Positions 9,375-19,295 are shown, counted from the first letter of the stretch. The stretch: 52,872 nucleotides of DNA from Elusimicrobiota bacterium (GCA_043827405.1 JBDRPD010000032.1:1-52872), one strand, 5' to 3'. Program-made: numbers and translations. The notes: generated by a model not told the origin, from the sequence alone.

Positions 9375-10763
9375 TCAACGCTTCGCCGGCACGGGGATGC
9401 GCAGCACCGCACCCTCGATCGGCAGGCCGCGCTCGATTTTGTCCGGATTCGCTTCGTAGATCTGCTCCCACAACGTCGGGTCACCGTAGTATTTTTCGGC
9501 CAGCCGGCGCAGCGTGTCTCCAGGCAGTACTTGATGGCGGCGCGGATAGCGGATCGGCGCTGGCGCTTGCGCCGCCGGCTTCTTTTTCGGCGCCGGCTCA
9601 CGGCGGGGCCGGACCACCGGCTGGGGATTCGGCGGCGGCGGCGGATGCCCCTGGTCGTAAACCTTCTTATCGCGGTTAAACTCCAGCTGCCGGATTTTGT
9701 TCTCTAGGTCGCGCAAACGGCCTTCACGCGCGCGGATTTGCCCCTCCAGCCCCTCATTCTGGGACGCCGCCGCCTCAACGCCGGCGTCCAACGTCTTCTT
9801 GCGCTCCCCGAGGTCCAGAATGACCGAGCGCAAGTCCTCCGCCGTGCGGGCGGCGTCGCCGACGAAGCGGCCGTAGAACGGCGGCGCACCGAACTTGTAG
9901 CTGAGCGAGAACTGATAGGCGCCGCTCGGATGGTTGATCCCCTTGAACGGGATGTTCATATTGATATCGATGATAACGGGAGAGAAGTTGACGCCGAGAC
10001 CGAAGGCGACTTGCTTCTGCGTATCGAGCGCCAAACCTTTGCCGAAACGGAGCTTAAGCAGCCGTTGATACAGATCGATCTCCACGCCGGTGGTCAACTC
10101 GGCGAGACCTTTGCGCAGGCGGACGTCCAGCGCGAGGTTGACCCGCTGCTTGAGGCGGTAAACAAATCCCAGATTCAGGTTCGGCGTCGGCAGGCCCACG
10201 CCGCTCTCGAGGTTCAGCACGCTCATGCCGACCTTCCAGTTGCTGCCCGCATCGTACAAAGCGCCCGCATCCAGGCCGAGGCCGACCTTATTGACCTTCA
10301 TCTCCCGTCCCGGTACCGCCTGCCTAACCTTAATGTTCCCGCCGTACTTCAGCGGCCGTGACAGGCGGATCTGGGGGAGCCGGATCGAATGTGAGAAATG
10401 CAGCAGCACCTCGTTGCGCTCCGCTTCGGTCCCGCCCTGCTGGATGGAGAAAAAACCCGCGCCCACCGTCGATCCCGGGAGAATGGGAAACGGCCGGTTG
10501 TAGGCGCCGGCGACAAACGACACCAATCCCTCCGGAGAGATCATGCGGCCGATAGAACTGCCGACCTGAGTGAAGCCGCTGCCCGCCAGCCCTGCGGGAT
10601 TGTAAAACATCCCGTACATATCATCGGCCACGGCCGTATAGGCCATCCCCATAGATGCCGGACGCGCGCCGGGCAGCACGTCGCTCAACCCTGAGGCAAC
10701 AGCGCCCGGAACGCAGAGAAGGCCGAAGAAGCTCAGCAAAATATGGGTAATTTGTCTTTTCAC
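9375..10763 (-). CDS. Outer-membrane beta-barrel (PorV/FadL-like) + coiled coil + LysM protein
   Basis: Signal peptide, 'GARPASMGMAYTAVADD...YNPAGL' barrel plug motif, coiled coil, Pro-rich linker, LysM 'HQVLPGDTLRRLAEKYYGDP..W..IYEAN'; start placed at GTG 10763, 7 nt after TATAAT. Confidence 0.8.
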   Translation of the reverse strand: MKRQITHILLSFFGLLCVPGAVASGLSDVLPGARPASMGMAYTAVADDMYGMFYNPAGLAGSGFTQVGSSIGRMISPEGLVSFVAGAYNRPFPILPGSTVGAGFFSIQQGGTEAERNEVLLHFSHSIRLPQIRLSRPLKYGGNIKVRQAVPGREMKVNKVGLGLDAGALYDAGSNWKVGMSVLNLESGVGLPTPNLNLGFVYRLKQRVNLALDVRLRKGLAELTTGVEIDLYQRLLKLRFGKGLALDTQKQVAFGLGVNFSPVIIDINMNIPFKGINHPSGAYQFSLSYKFGAPPFYGRFVGDAARTAEDLRSVILDLGERKKTLDAGVEAAASQNEGLEGQIRAREGRLRDLENKIRQLEFNRDKKVYDQGHPPPPPNPQPVVRPRREPAPKKKPAAQAPAPIRYPRRHQVLPGDTLRRLAEKYYGDPTLWEQIYEANPDKIERGLPIEGAVLRIPVPAKR

Positions 10764-10770
10764 GCGCGTG

Positions 10771-10814
10771 ATTATATCACAATCATTGACAACAGATTTT
10801 ACCCGTTCCATACT
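10771..10814. promoter_or_regulatory. Back-to-back sigma70-type promoters
   Basis: Minus: TGnTATAAT (-10 at 10771-10776). Plus: TTGACA 10786-10791, 17 nt spacer, CATACT 10809-10814. Confidence 0.65.
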
Positions 10815-10841
10815 TGAAAGATATTAAGGAAGTGTCAAAGG

Positions 10842-11606
10842 ATGCAGAGAGATTCCCCCGCCAAAAGATCGGCCGTTCCGCTGGCCACCTCCATCCTCGC
10901 CCTCGCCGTGGTGGGCGTACTTATTTTGGGCTGGCATCTATACCAGCGCGGACGTGAACAAAAGAGCTTTGATGCCTCGGGTTTCGCTCTGGCGGAAAAA
11001 CCTCAATACACGGATACCGCAGGAGAAGAGGCAGACAGCCCGCGGCAAACCGAAGACCGCATTGACTATGTCGTCCCCGAACAGTCGGCCACGCACCGCC
11101 GGGGTCGAACGGACGCGGCGCGCCCGCCGGTCCCCGGCGCCGCTCGCCAGGATTCCGCTCCCCGCCGCCGCAAGGTCTCCCGCGCCGTCAGCTTCTACTA
11201 CAAACTAAAGAACAGCGAAAAGTTCAGGAATTCGCCCTTGGTACGCGAATGGAAGCGGGATTTTCTCGCCTATCCCGACCTGCAGGCAGTGAACCGGAAA
11301 TACCAGAAAGACCGGGACGCTCTTGAGTTCATGGTCGGGATGACGAAGTCGCCGAATTTCCGCCAGCTGCTCAAGAAGCATCTCAGCCGCCCGGAGGCGC
11401 AGGACTTCCTGCGCCAGATGAAAAGTTCCGACGCCGTCAAGGACTCCGCCAAAACCTTCATGCAGGACGCCCATATTGCGGCCCTGGTGCGGCACCTCGA
11501 CCTCGCCAACGCCGCGGAGGAAGCCGCGCCGCCCGCCGCCGCACCCGCCGGCAAAATGAAGCTTGAAAAGCAGTCCAACATCATGGATATTATGGAGCCA
11601 CAATAG
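10842..11606 (+). CDS. Hypothetical single-pass membrane protein (paralog of 11645-12646)
   Basis: N-terminal TM; shares W..(D/E)FLA...L......Y.KDRD...F.....KS..FR..LK.H block with the next gene. Confidence 0.7.
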   Translation: MQRDSPAKRSAVPLATSILALAVVGVLILGWHLYQRGREQKSFDASGFALAEKPQYTDTAGEEADSPRQTEDRIDYVVPEQSATHRRGRTDAARPPVPGAARQDSAPRRRKVSRAVSFYYKLKNSEKFRNSPLVREWKRDFLAYPDLQAVNRKYQKDRDALEFMVGMTKSPNFRQLLKKHLSRPEAQDFLRQMKSSDAVKDSAKTFMQDAHIAALVRHLDLANAAEEAAPPAAAPAGKMKLEKQSNIMDIMEPQ

Positions 11607-11608
11607 GG

Positions 11609-11637
11609 TTGACAGTTATTCTCAGTCCAAGCATAAT
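11609..11637 (+). promoter_or_regulatory. Sigma70-type promoter, leaderless
   Basis: TTGACA, 17 nt spacer, CATAAT, then 7 nt to the ATG at 11645. Confidence 0.7.
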
Positions 11638-11644
11638 CTGATTA

Positions 11645-12646
11645 ATGGATAAGAAGGCCCTCCTAATCGGCGTCGGCATGATGGTGCTGATCGGCGGCGT
11701 CATCGCAGGAGCCAACTACCTGCTCATCGACACCTCCCAGGAGACCGAGTATAACGCGGTCGAGACGCAGCGCAAAATCGATTCCGCCGGACAACCGTCC
11801 TTTCCCACCAAGCAGCTGGCGGCGTCAAGCGATCCGATCAGCCATCCCGACGATCTCAAGCCAAAGAGCACGGGGGAAGCCTCTTCGCTGGGCATGGTGC
11901 GCGGCGCGGTCCAGCAAGCCGGCGGGACTTCGCCGGGGTCGCCGTCGCAAAGCGCGGCCGAGGCGGCGCAATCTCTGGACGCTCAAGGCGTGCTTAAAGG
12001 CATCCGCGAGGACGGCGGCGACGTCCCGGACGCGCAAAGCGGGCTCACCAACAGCCGCATCCGTCAGATCATGCAGGAGGTCGTCGACGGCGTCCATCAG
12101 ATGCAGCCGGTCTGGTACAATGAGTTCCTCGCCAACAAGTATCTCAAGCAGTACGCCGACCAGTACGACAAGGACCGCGATTTCCCGGCCTTTCTCACCC
12201 ACATCGGCAAATCGAAGGCGTTTCGCGACATGCTCAAGGAGCACTACAAGACCAAGGCGATGCGGAGCTTAACTTCCGAGATGTTCGCCGACAAAAACCT
12301 GCGCGAGGACCTGCTGAAGCTGTTCTTCCACGTGCAGGATCACCCGTACGTCATCAAACTAGTGTCCCTCTACGGACAAGGCGCCGGCCTCCCGTCGACC
12401 ATGGTAAAGACGGCGAAATCCAAATCGGGCACCAAACCCGTGGCGAAAAAGAGACGCCAGACGCGCCCGCGCAGCCGCCCGCAGAAGCTGCGCAAGATAG
12501 GCTACGAAGGCTACCAGGGCGGCGACGCGAAGGGAGCGAAAAAGCCCGCCAAGCAGGGCGGCGCACCGCCGGGCATGCCGGACATGTCCAACATCGACAA
12601 GAGCCAAATCCCTCCCGAATACCAGAAGCTCCTGGAAAAGCGCTAG
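11645..12646 (+). CDS. Hypothetical single-pass membrane protein (paralog of 10842-11606)
   Basis: N-terminal TM, low-complexity linker, shared KDRD domain, basic C-terminal tail. Confidence 0.7.
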   Translation: MDKKALLIGVGMMVLIGGVIAGANYLLIDTSQETEYNAVETQRKIDSAGQPSFPTKQLAASSDPISHPDDLKPKSTGEASSLGMVRGAVQQAGGTSPGSPSQSAAEAAQSLDAQGVLKGIREDGGDVPDAQSGLTNSRIRQIMQEVVDGVHQMQPVWYNEFLANKYLKQYADQYDKDRDFPAFLTHIGKSKAFRDMLKEHYKTKAMRSLTSEMFADKNLREDLLKLFFHVQDHPYVIKLVSLYGQGAGLPSTMVKTAKSKSGTKPVAKKRRQTRPRSRPQKLRKIGYEGYQGGDAKGAKKPAKQGGAPPGMPDMSNIDKSQIPPEYQKLLEKR

Positions 12647-12765
12647 CACCGCCGCGGCGCCTCTAGGCCTTTGGACCCAAAATCCAATAGGCCTTTCGCT
12701 TCTAGGGGATCCCGGGTCCTCTGGACTATAATAAGCACCTCGCGTGTTGAGCTCTGGAGGTGGAC

Positions 12766-14751
12766 GTGATCCGAACATCCGTATCGCTGCTGCTGGCCGT
12801 TCTTGTATCCTCTTCTTATGCGCATGCCGCCGCGCTCAGCCAGCTTAAAGCCCTTGCCGGTACGGCTTCCTTTTCCGCTATTTTTGACGGAGGGACGGAA
12901 AGACCGGCGCTGACGGCCGGCGTTATGACGGCGACCCGCTCCCAAACTTTGGACCTGCGCCGGCTCGCGCAGGCCAAGAAGCTCCTAAGCCATGGGACCG
13001 AACTGCCGGACGGCGGGCCCATCCTGCCGTTCACCTTCCGTCATGGAGCGGCCGCCGTCACCGCGCCGAGCGCCGGCCTTGAGGGTTTCCTGTACGCCGA
13101 GAGGGATATCGCGCAGACGTACGGCCGGCAAGCCGTAGCCCATCATCTAAGCGACTACTTCCGCTACCTGGACGCGCTGCTGGCCCCGGTTGCCTGGGCC
13201 GCCGACGCCCGGGAGCAGATGCAGGCAATCGAGCGCTCGTCCGACGGACCGCGCGCGAAGTACGAGCGGCTGATGGCCTTCATCGAGGACTACACAAACG
13301 GCCTGCGCGCCCAAGTCGCGGCCTCCGACGCTTCGGCCTGGATGCGGGAAGCGCGCATCTACGAGATTTTCCCCCGGGCCTACAACCTCGACGGCAAGCG
13401 GGCCGCGCGCGACCGGTGGGAAGCGCGCTCCAGCGGCAGGTTCTTCGCCGACTTCGGCGCCGCGGACCTGCGCGACATCCGGGCCAAGAACTTCGACACC
13501 GTCTGGGTCATGGGGATCTTCCCGATCGGTGAACGCGGGCGCACCGGTACGGGCGGCGGCTCCCCCTACTCCATCCGCGACCATGCCGGCATCCATCCGG
13601 ACCTCGGCACGCCGGAGGAATTCCGCGGCTTCGTCCGCCGCGCCCACGCCGAGGGACTGCGCGTCATCATCGACTTCGTCCCCAACCACACCTCCTTGGA
13701 CTCCAAACTACTCAACGAAGACCCCCGGTTTTTCGTCCACCGCCCCGCCGGCCCCGGCGCTCCGCCCGACGGATTTTTCGCCCACACCGACAAGAACACC
13801 GGCGCCAAGCTGTGGATTCGCCACGGCGGCTACCTCGCCTACGGCAGCGTCAGCCCCTGGATCGACACCGCCCAAATCGACTACTCCAATCCCCTGCTGC
13901 GCCGGCGCATGATCGACATCGTCGCCGGCTGGGTCGAGCGCTGCGGCGTCGACGGCTTCCGTCTCGACATGACCCATTTGGTCACCAACGATGTCTTCGC
14001 CCGCACCTGGGGCAAACGCATGCCCAAGCGCGAGTTCCTGGAGGAGCTCATCACCGAGGTAAAGTCGCGCTATCCGGGCACCGGCTTCCTGGGCGAGGCC
14101 TATGACAAGTGGGACACCTTGTCCGAGACCGGCTTTGACCTCCTGTACGGCAAGAACAACATGGACCGCCCGGGCGGACACCACGGCTGGTATGACGCGC
14201 TGGAAAGCCGCGACGCGGGCTGGATTCGCGCGGCGATCAAGCGCGCCGCCTTCCTGAACTGGCAGCAGGGCGGCACCGACATGATGTCCTTTGTCGGCAA
14301 CCACGACGAAGCGTCTCCCCAGCGCGCCTTCCGCGAATGGACGAAGGGCGCCTCCTTCCTGACTTTGCTGATGCCCGGCGGCCTGCTCTTCTACGGCTCC
14401 CAGGAGATCGGCTTCGACCGGCCGAACCTCGCCAGCGAGCCCAAATCGCTGCCGTTCTCGGTGCCCGTCCAGGTCGACTGGGCCAGCGCCGATCCGGACC
14501 TGACGAAGTTCCATAACGACACCTTCGCTCTGGCGCGGCGCATCCACACGCAGCTGGGCGAAGCCGAAATCGAGCCCCTTGATCCGCTCGGCGACCAGGG
14601 CTGGGCCGGCTACCTTCTGGTCGGCCGCGAAGGAGCGGCGGCGGTAGTCGCCAACCCGTCCGGCCGCACGGTCGAGGTGCGCTTCAGCCGTCTCGGCATC
14701 GAGCACCGCACTTCCCTCCCGCCGTACGGCTACTCGCTGCTCCCGCTGTAA
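12766..14751 (+). CDS. Secreted alpha-amylase family (GH13) glycoside hydrolase
   Basis: GSPYSIRD, IDFVPNH, DGFRLDM (nucleophile), GEAY (acid/base), GNHDE; signal peptide; GGAGG SD favours GTG at 12766. Confidence 0.9.
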   Translation: MIRTSVSLLLAVLVSSSYAHAAALSQLKALAGTASFSAIFDGGTERPALTAGVMTATRSQTLDLRRLAQAKKLLSHGTELPDGGPILPFTFRHGAAAVTAPSAGLEGFLYAERDIAQTYGRQAVAHHLSDYFRYLDALLAPVAWAADAREQMQAIERSSDGPRAKYERLMAFIEDYTNGLRAQVAASDASAWMREARIYEIFPRAYNLDGKRAARDRWEARSSGRFFADFGAADLRDIRAKNFDTVWVMGIFPIGERGRTGTGGGSPYSIRDHAGIHPDLGTPEEFRGFVRRAHAEGLRVIIDFVPNHTSLDSKLLNEDPRFFVHRPAGPGAPPDGFFAHTDKNTGAKLWIRHGGYLAYGSVSPWIDTAQIDYSNPLLRRRMIDIVAGWVERCGVDGFRLDMTHLVTNDVFARTWGKRMPKREFLEELITEVKSRYPGTGFLGEAYDKWDTLSETGFDLLYGKNNMDRPGGHHGWYDALESRDAGWIRAAIKRAAFLNWQQGGTDMMSFVGNHDEASPQRAFREWTKGASFLTLLMPGGLLFYGSQEIGFDRPNLASEPKSLPFSVPVQVDWASADPDLTKFHNDTFALARRIHTQLGEAEIEPLDPLGDQGWAGYLLVGREGAAAVVANPSGRTVEVRFSRLGIEHRTSLPPYGYSLLPL

Positions 14752-14783
14752 ACCCGACGAGACGTGGTATAATTTACGGGTTC

Positions 14784-16208
14784 ATGCACAGGGTTATGCT
14801 GCTGGGCGCGGCGCTGGGGATCGCCGCGAGCGCCCAAGCGCAGGTCGCCTCCATCCCCGCGAACAGGAATTGGTCGAAGCAGCAGCTCGACCGCGTATTC
14901 GACGGCGCCGGGCTGAAGCCCGAACTCGCGGCGGAGCCCGTCCCGGGAGCGCCGGCCGATAAGCGCATCCTCTATCCCGAATCCGACACGCCGCCCGCCG
15001 CCCCGCGCTTTGCCTTAAACATTGACGCCGTCCCCGCGGAGTTCCGCCATACCGTTCGCGGCTTCGAGAAGCTGTTTCACAAGAACCAGGAAGAAACGGC
15101 GCAGCAGGTCGACCGCATAAACGAGCATATCCGCCGGCATAACGAGGGCCGCACGTTCGGCCGGATCGACGAGTGGACCTACGACGGCCGCCTCAACGAG
15201 CCGGTCTGGAACTGCCTGTCGCACGGCGCCGCTACCGCCAACGACTGGTGGTCGCACGAGCTGGGCAAGCCGATCCCCCGGCATGAGAGCATCACCCACG
15301 GCGGCACCGAGGAAGGGCTCGACCCCTACCTGCTGGAGCTGGAGTACTTCCGCCGCGCCGGGTCGGAGGATCCCGACTACGTGGTGCCCCCGAAGTTCGT
15401 CCAGGAGGACCCGGTCCGCCATACCGGATTCCCTTACGAGCCGCGGGGCTACGCCAAGCTGCTGATCGAGGACGAGCCCTACGACGTGACCGATCCCATC
15501 ACCGGCAAGGTCTACCGCTACGATCCGGCCATGTCGGCGATGGAAGGAGAGTACAAGCAGCTCTTCACCAACAGCGTCTTCCGCGACCGCACCCCCGCCA
15601 AATACGCCAAAGTTCTGGCGCGCGGGATCGACCGGTGGGGCATCGCCTATGTCCAGCTCGAGCACACCGACCATCCGCGCTGGCCCGGAGCGCATGCGGT
15701 AGCCGCCGTCGGCTACTTCTGCATGGAAGCGGGCGAAAAGCTGATCCGCTGCTCAGCCAACAAGACCGACGAGGACTGGGGGCGGACCACATACTTCATC
15801 GCGCATGACTCGTTTGGCGACTATCCGGCGTCGCAGCCGCGCACGGCGCATACCGCCTCGGCCTACCGCGCCGTCCGCATCACCTCCATCGACCAGGCGA
15901 TCGTCTTCCCGCACGGCCTGCGCGTGACGCTGGCGCCGCGGCCCGGCGTGCCCGGCGTGTGGAATATCCAGGTCGCCAACAAGGGCGGCAAGCCGGTGGA
16001 CGTCCTGGCGATCAAGGCGTTGGGGAGAGGAACGATCGAGACCCCCGTCCTCAGCGATGTCGACGGCTCCTACTACGTGGAAGGCTCGGCCGGCGACGAA
16101 CTGCGCCTTTACGTCGAAGCGCGGCATTACTTCGACAAGGACGGCAAGGGACGCGGCTACGCCGTCGAGCTGGGCGCCGGACCGCGCACGGCGGTTGCCG
16201 TCAATTAG
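14784..16208 (+). CDS. Secreted papain-like cysteine peptidase-fold protein
   Basis: Signal peptide; WNCLSHGA (Cys), GAHAVAAVGY (His), FIAHDSFG (Asp where papain has KNSWG Asn). Confidence 0.6.
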   Translation: MHRVMLLGAALGIAASAQAQVASIPANRNWSKQQLDRVFDGAGLKPELAAEPVPGAPADKRILYPESDTPPAAPRFALNIDAVPAEFRHTVRGFEKLFHKNQEETAQQVDRINEHIRRHNEGRTFGRIDEWTYDGRLNEPVWNCLSHGAATANDWWSHELGKPIPRHESITHGGTEEGLDPYLLELEYFRRAGSEDPDYVVPPKFVQEDPVRHTGFPYEPRGYAKLLIEDEPYDVTDPITGKVYRYDPAMSAMEGEYKQLFTNSVFRDRTPAKYAKVLARGIDRWGIAYVQLEHTDHPRWPGAHAVAAVGYFCMEAGEKLIRCSANKTDEDWGRTTYFIAHDSFGDYPASQPRTAHTASAYRAVRITSIDQAIVFPHGLRVTLAPRPGVPGVWNIQVANKGGKPVDVLAIKALGRGTIETPVLSDVDGSYYVEGSAGDELRLYVEARHYFDKDGKGRGYAVELGAGPRTAVAVN

Positions 16209-16857
16209 CCGTCAGCGCGAGCAGGTGCCGCGCCTCGAGCAGAACCACCCACCACCAAGCGGCCAGCACGCCGCCCCGCATATAGAAGAACACGGCGAGA
16301 TAGCCGGACAGGCCGCGAACCGCCAGCAAGCAGACGAGCAAAGACAGCGGCAGGCGCAGCGGCGAGAGCTTCATAAAGACCACGAATATTCCGACCAGCA
16401 CCGTCAGCAGGATCGACTGCGGCGTCGAGCGGAACAGGCGAAGGAAGAAGGCCATCGGCGCGAAGCAGAGAAACAGCTGGGCGAAGGCGGCGGTAAACAG
16501 CGTCATCGCCGCCAGCTTCTCCAACGACTGCGGATAGTTCTCGGGCAGCAGCGGGCGCAGCGCCGGATCAATGAAGTGATGCATGGAGACCGCGCCTATC
16601 GCGCCGCAGGCCGTTACCGCCAGCCACAGCGCGGGCTCCCATTGCGGGACCAGCACGGGCCGGCCCGAATACTTCTCGTGCCAGGCCAGCACGAAACCCC
16701 ACAGGACAAAAGAGAGGAAGAAGATCAATGACGCCAGAACGGCGAGCTGCTCCGGCCGGTCGAACCACAGCACGATGCGGGAGTAGGAAGCGAAAGCCGT
16801 AGCCGCCGCCGCCCAGACGGCGGGTTTCAGAACAGCCGGCCGAATCCAGTCCCGCAC
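16201..16857 (-). CDS. Hypothetical polytopic membrane protein
   Basis: About 7 hydrophobic segments; start codon uncertain. Confidence 0.6.
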   Translation of the reverse strand: MRDWIRPAVLKPAVWAAAATAFASYSRIVLWFDRPEQLAVLASLIFFLSFVLWGFVLAWHEKYSGRPVLVPQWEPALWLAVTACGAIGAVSMHHFIDPALRPLLPENYPQSLEKLAAMTLFTAAFAQLFLCFAPMAFFLRLFRSTPQSILLTVLVGIFVVFMKLSPLRLPLSLLVCLLAVRGLSGYLAVFFYMRGGVLAAWWWVVLLEARHLLALTAN

Positions 16858-16965
16858 GCGGCGCTAATCTCCGCAGCGCAGCTTCAATCCCGACGTAAGG
16901 AAGGCCGCGTGCTTCAGGTCGAAGTCCCGAATATTGATACCGCCCTTGAGGAAGTTCTGCCCATC

Positions 16966-17868
16966 CTAGCTTTTTTTGAGGTACTTCTCGAAGCGGCGGG
17001 CGGCATGGGACGGCAGCCAGAGCAGGTGCACAATCGACGTATAGTGCCCCAGCGGCACCCACAGCTGCTCGGCCCCGTGAAAAGCGTCCTTAAGCTTGCG
17101 GGCGTTGGCCGGCGGAATGGTTTTGTCGGAGCGGGCATTGATGAGATAGACCGTCTTGCCGTAGTTATCCTCGCGGTAATCGAGCGGATCAAGCCCCTTC
17201 CAGGCCGCCGCCAGCTCCTCCCGACGGATGCCTGCCCGGCGCATGAACTCCGCGGTCATCTCTCCGCTAAAAGCGAGCTCCGGGAAGTCCGCCCCGCCGA
17301 GCAGGAGCACGGCCGCTTTAGGCCTATCGTCGCGCGAATAAACCGCCGCGGAAACGATCGCGCCGAGGCTCACGCCGAAGAGCCCGATGCGCTCCGGATC
17401 AACTTTGCCGGAGCGCTGGAGCCAGGTGATCGCGCGGCGGGCGTCCGCAATCGACTGCCGGAAGTTGGCCCCCAAGCGCTCCGCCTTGCGGGCGAGAAAA
17501 ACTTGGCCGCTGGGCATCAGCGGACCGGGCCGGCGGTGGAACTGATACGGCATCTCCAACAGCAGCACGGCGATGCCGCGGCGCACCAAAGCCTTCACGA
17601 ACTGCGATTCGATCCAGACATTGGGCGCCGCCATGATCGGCAGCGCCAGAACCGCCGGCGGCGGCCAGCCGTCGAGCGGCTTCTTCGGCAGATAGAGACG
17701 CCCCCATACCGTATTATTCGCCGCGAAGGGGCTGCGCACGGCGGAAGGGAAGCGGACCTCGTACACCGTATAGCGGCAGGTGTCCTCCTCGACGCGGACC
17801 TGGGCCGTGAAGCGATCCTGCGCCGCGGCGGGGCAGACCAGAACGGCGAAAAGCAGGGCCAGCCGCAT
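16966..17868 (-). CDS. Secreted alpha/beta hydrolase
   Basis: GVSLG nucleophile elbow, 'SDKTIP' Asp, 'GHY' His; signal peptide MRLALLFAV. Confidence 0.85.
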   Translation of the reverse strand: MRLALLFAVLVCPAAAQDRFTAQVRVEEDTCRYTVYEVRFPSAVRSPFAANNTVWGRLYLPKKPLDGWPPPAVLALPIMAAPNVWIESQFVKALVRRGIAVLLLEMPYQFHRRPGPLMPSGQVFLARKAERLGANFRQSIADARRAITWLQRSGKVDPERIGLFGVSLGAIVSAAVYSRDDRPKAAVLLLGGADFPELAFSGEMTAEFMRRAGIRREELAAAWKGLDPLDYREDNYGKTVYLINARSDKTIPPANARKLKDAFHGAEQLWVPLGHYTSIVHLLWLPSHAARRFEKYLKKS

Positions 17869-17870
17869 GC

Positions 17871-19292
17871 CTAAAAAGCCATGACGATCGACAGCGCGCT
17901 CTGGTAGATATCCGTCGTCGGGCTGAAGGTCGACGCCCGGCCCATGAACCAATAGGAATGCTCGAGCTTGCCGATAAAGAAATCCGTCAGCTGGTAGTTG
18001 AGCGCGATGGTGACCTTATTGATGTAGGTCTTGAGCCGCGGCTGGCTCGTGTCGTGGGCGGCGATGGATTCGTAGAAGGTTCCGTCGATCGTCTTATTCT
18101 GCAGCAGCGACAACCGCTCGCCGCGGCGCTGCAGGTGGTTGTAGACGACAATGCCGCTGACTCGCTTGCCCCAGAGCGGCCGCCGCCAGAGCGGTACGAC
18201 CGCCTGCACGAAGCCGCCATGCATTTCCTCGAACGAGGTATGGAAGTTCAGCGGAACGTTCGCACTATTCTCGTTGAGCAGAGTGGAACTCCCCGGCCCC
18301 GCCGTCAGGGGATTCTGCAGCTGCGTGAAGCTGTACATATACTCGGCCATGAGCGCCGCACCCTGGTACTCGAAGCCGAGATCGACGCCGATCATCCGGT
18401 AGTTGAGCTGGGACTCCAGATTGTACTGTCCGCCCATAGCCGAAAGGCCGAGCAGCACGGCCTTCAAATCGTGGCGCCCCTCGGGAATAGGCCAGGGGGG
18501 CACCGGCGAGCCCCGCCAATACACGATGCGGCCGCCGATGGCCTTGTTGTTGTTGTTGTCGGCGAGGTTGTTGTTGTCATGATCGAAGTCGGGGGCGACG
18601 CCGCTCGCCGGCGGCGGCGTGATGCCGAGGTTCTCGGGAGACGGGAAGGTGCGCAGGCGATTATTGTTTTCGCTAAGGCCGTTGACCACATAAAACGTAA
18701 GCTCGTCGGGAAGCCACCACCGGCGCCAGGGGGTGTAGTAGCTTGTGCGCACCCCGATATCGGTATAGCCGGAAGAAAACGGCGGCCGCGGCGAGTTGAT
18801 GCGGACCACGAGATCGAGGCTGTCCGGCGAGGCGTAGAGCAGCGGCCGGGTGACCGTCATGAACATGTCCGGACGATACAGCTCGTTGTAGCGCCCGAAG
18901 GGGACCAGGAACTTGCCCAGCTGGAACCGCCACCGCCGGACGCGATCGTATTCGAAAAACATCTGGTATAGGTTCGGCACGCCCCGGCCGCTGGTCGGGA
19001 AATTGAACTCCATGCGGAACGGGACATCGTCGAGCACCGGCCCATGAAAGTCGAAGTAAATATCGGATAGAAAGGCCTCGTGCTGGATCTGCGTCTCGAA
19101 GCCCGGCTCGCGCGGCCCGACGCCGCGCCAGTTGAAAGACAGCGAGCCGCCGATGCTCCATTGGGAAAGCAGCTTCTCCAAACGGAGGCCGTCTTTAGCT
19201 TTAGCCGCCGACGCTGGAGCCGTATCGGCGGCGCCGACGGGCGACGCCAGCAGCCCGCCGAGGCAAAGAACGATGGATAACGCTATGGACAC
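17871..19292 (-). CDS. Outer-membrane beta-barrel (porin-like) protein
   Basis: Signal peptide, 'FQLGKFLVPFG', 'NNNKAIGGRI', C-terminal Phe; start could be GTG 19292 or ATG 19337. Confidence 0.75.
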   Translation of the reverse strand: MSIALSIVLCLGGLLASPVGAADTAPASAAKAKDGLRLEKLLSQWSIGGSLSFNWRGVGPREPGFETQIQHEAFLSDIYFDFHGPVLDDVPFRMEFNFPTSGRGVPNLYQMFFEYDRVRRWRFQLGKFLVPFGRYNELYRPDMFMTVTRPLLYASPDSLDLVVRINSPRPPFSSGYTDIGVRTSYYTPWRRWWLPDELTFYVVNGLSENNNRLRTFPSPENLGITPPPASGVAPDFDHDNNNLADNNNNKAIGGRIVYWRGSPVPPWPIPEGRHDLKAVLLGLSAMGGQYNLESQLNYRMIGVDLGFEYQGAALMAEYMYSFTQLQNPLTAGPGSSTLLNENSANVPLNFHTSFEEMHGGFVQAVVPLWRRPLWGKRVSGIVVYNHLQRRGERLSLLQNKTIDGTFYESIAAHDTSQPRLKTYINKVTIALNYQLTDFFIGKLEHSYWFMGRASTFSPTTDIYQSALSIVMAF

Positions 19293-19295
19293 TCG

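Noticed and set aside
18540..18580. GTT trinucleotide runs
   Set aside because: Encode Asn runs (DNNN, DNNNNK) in a porin loop; in frame and not a phase-variable tract
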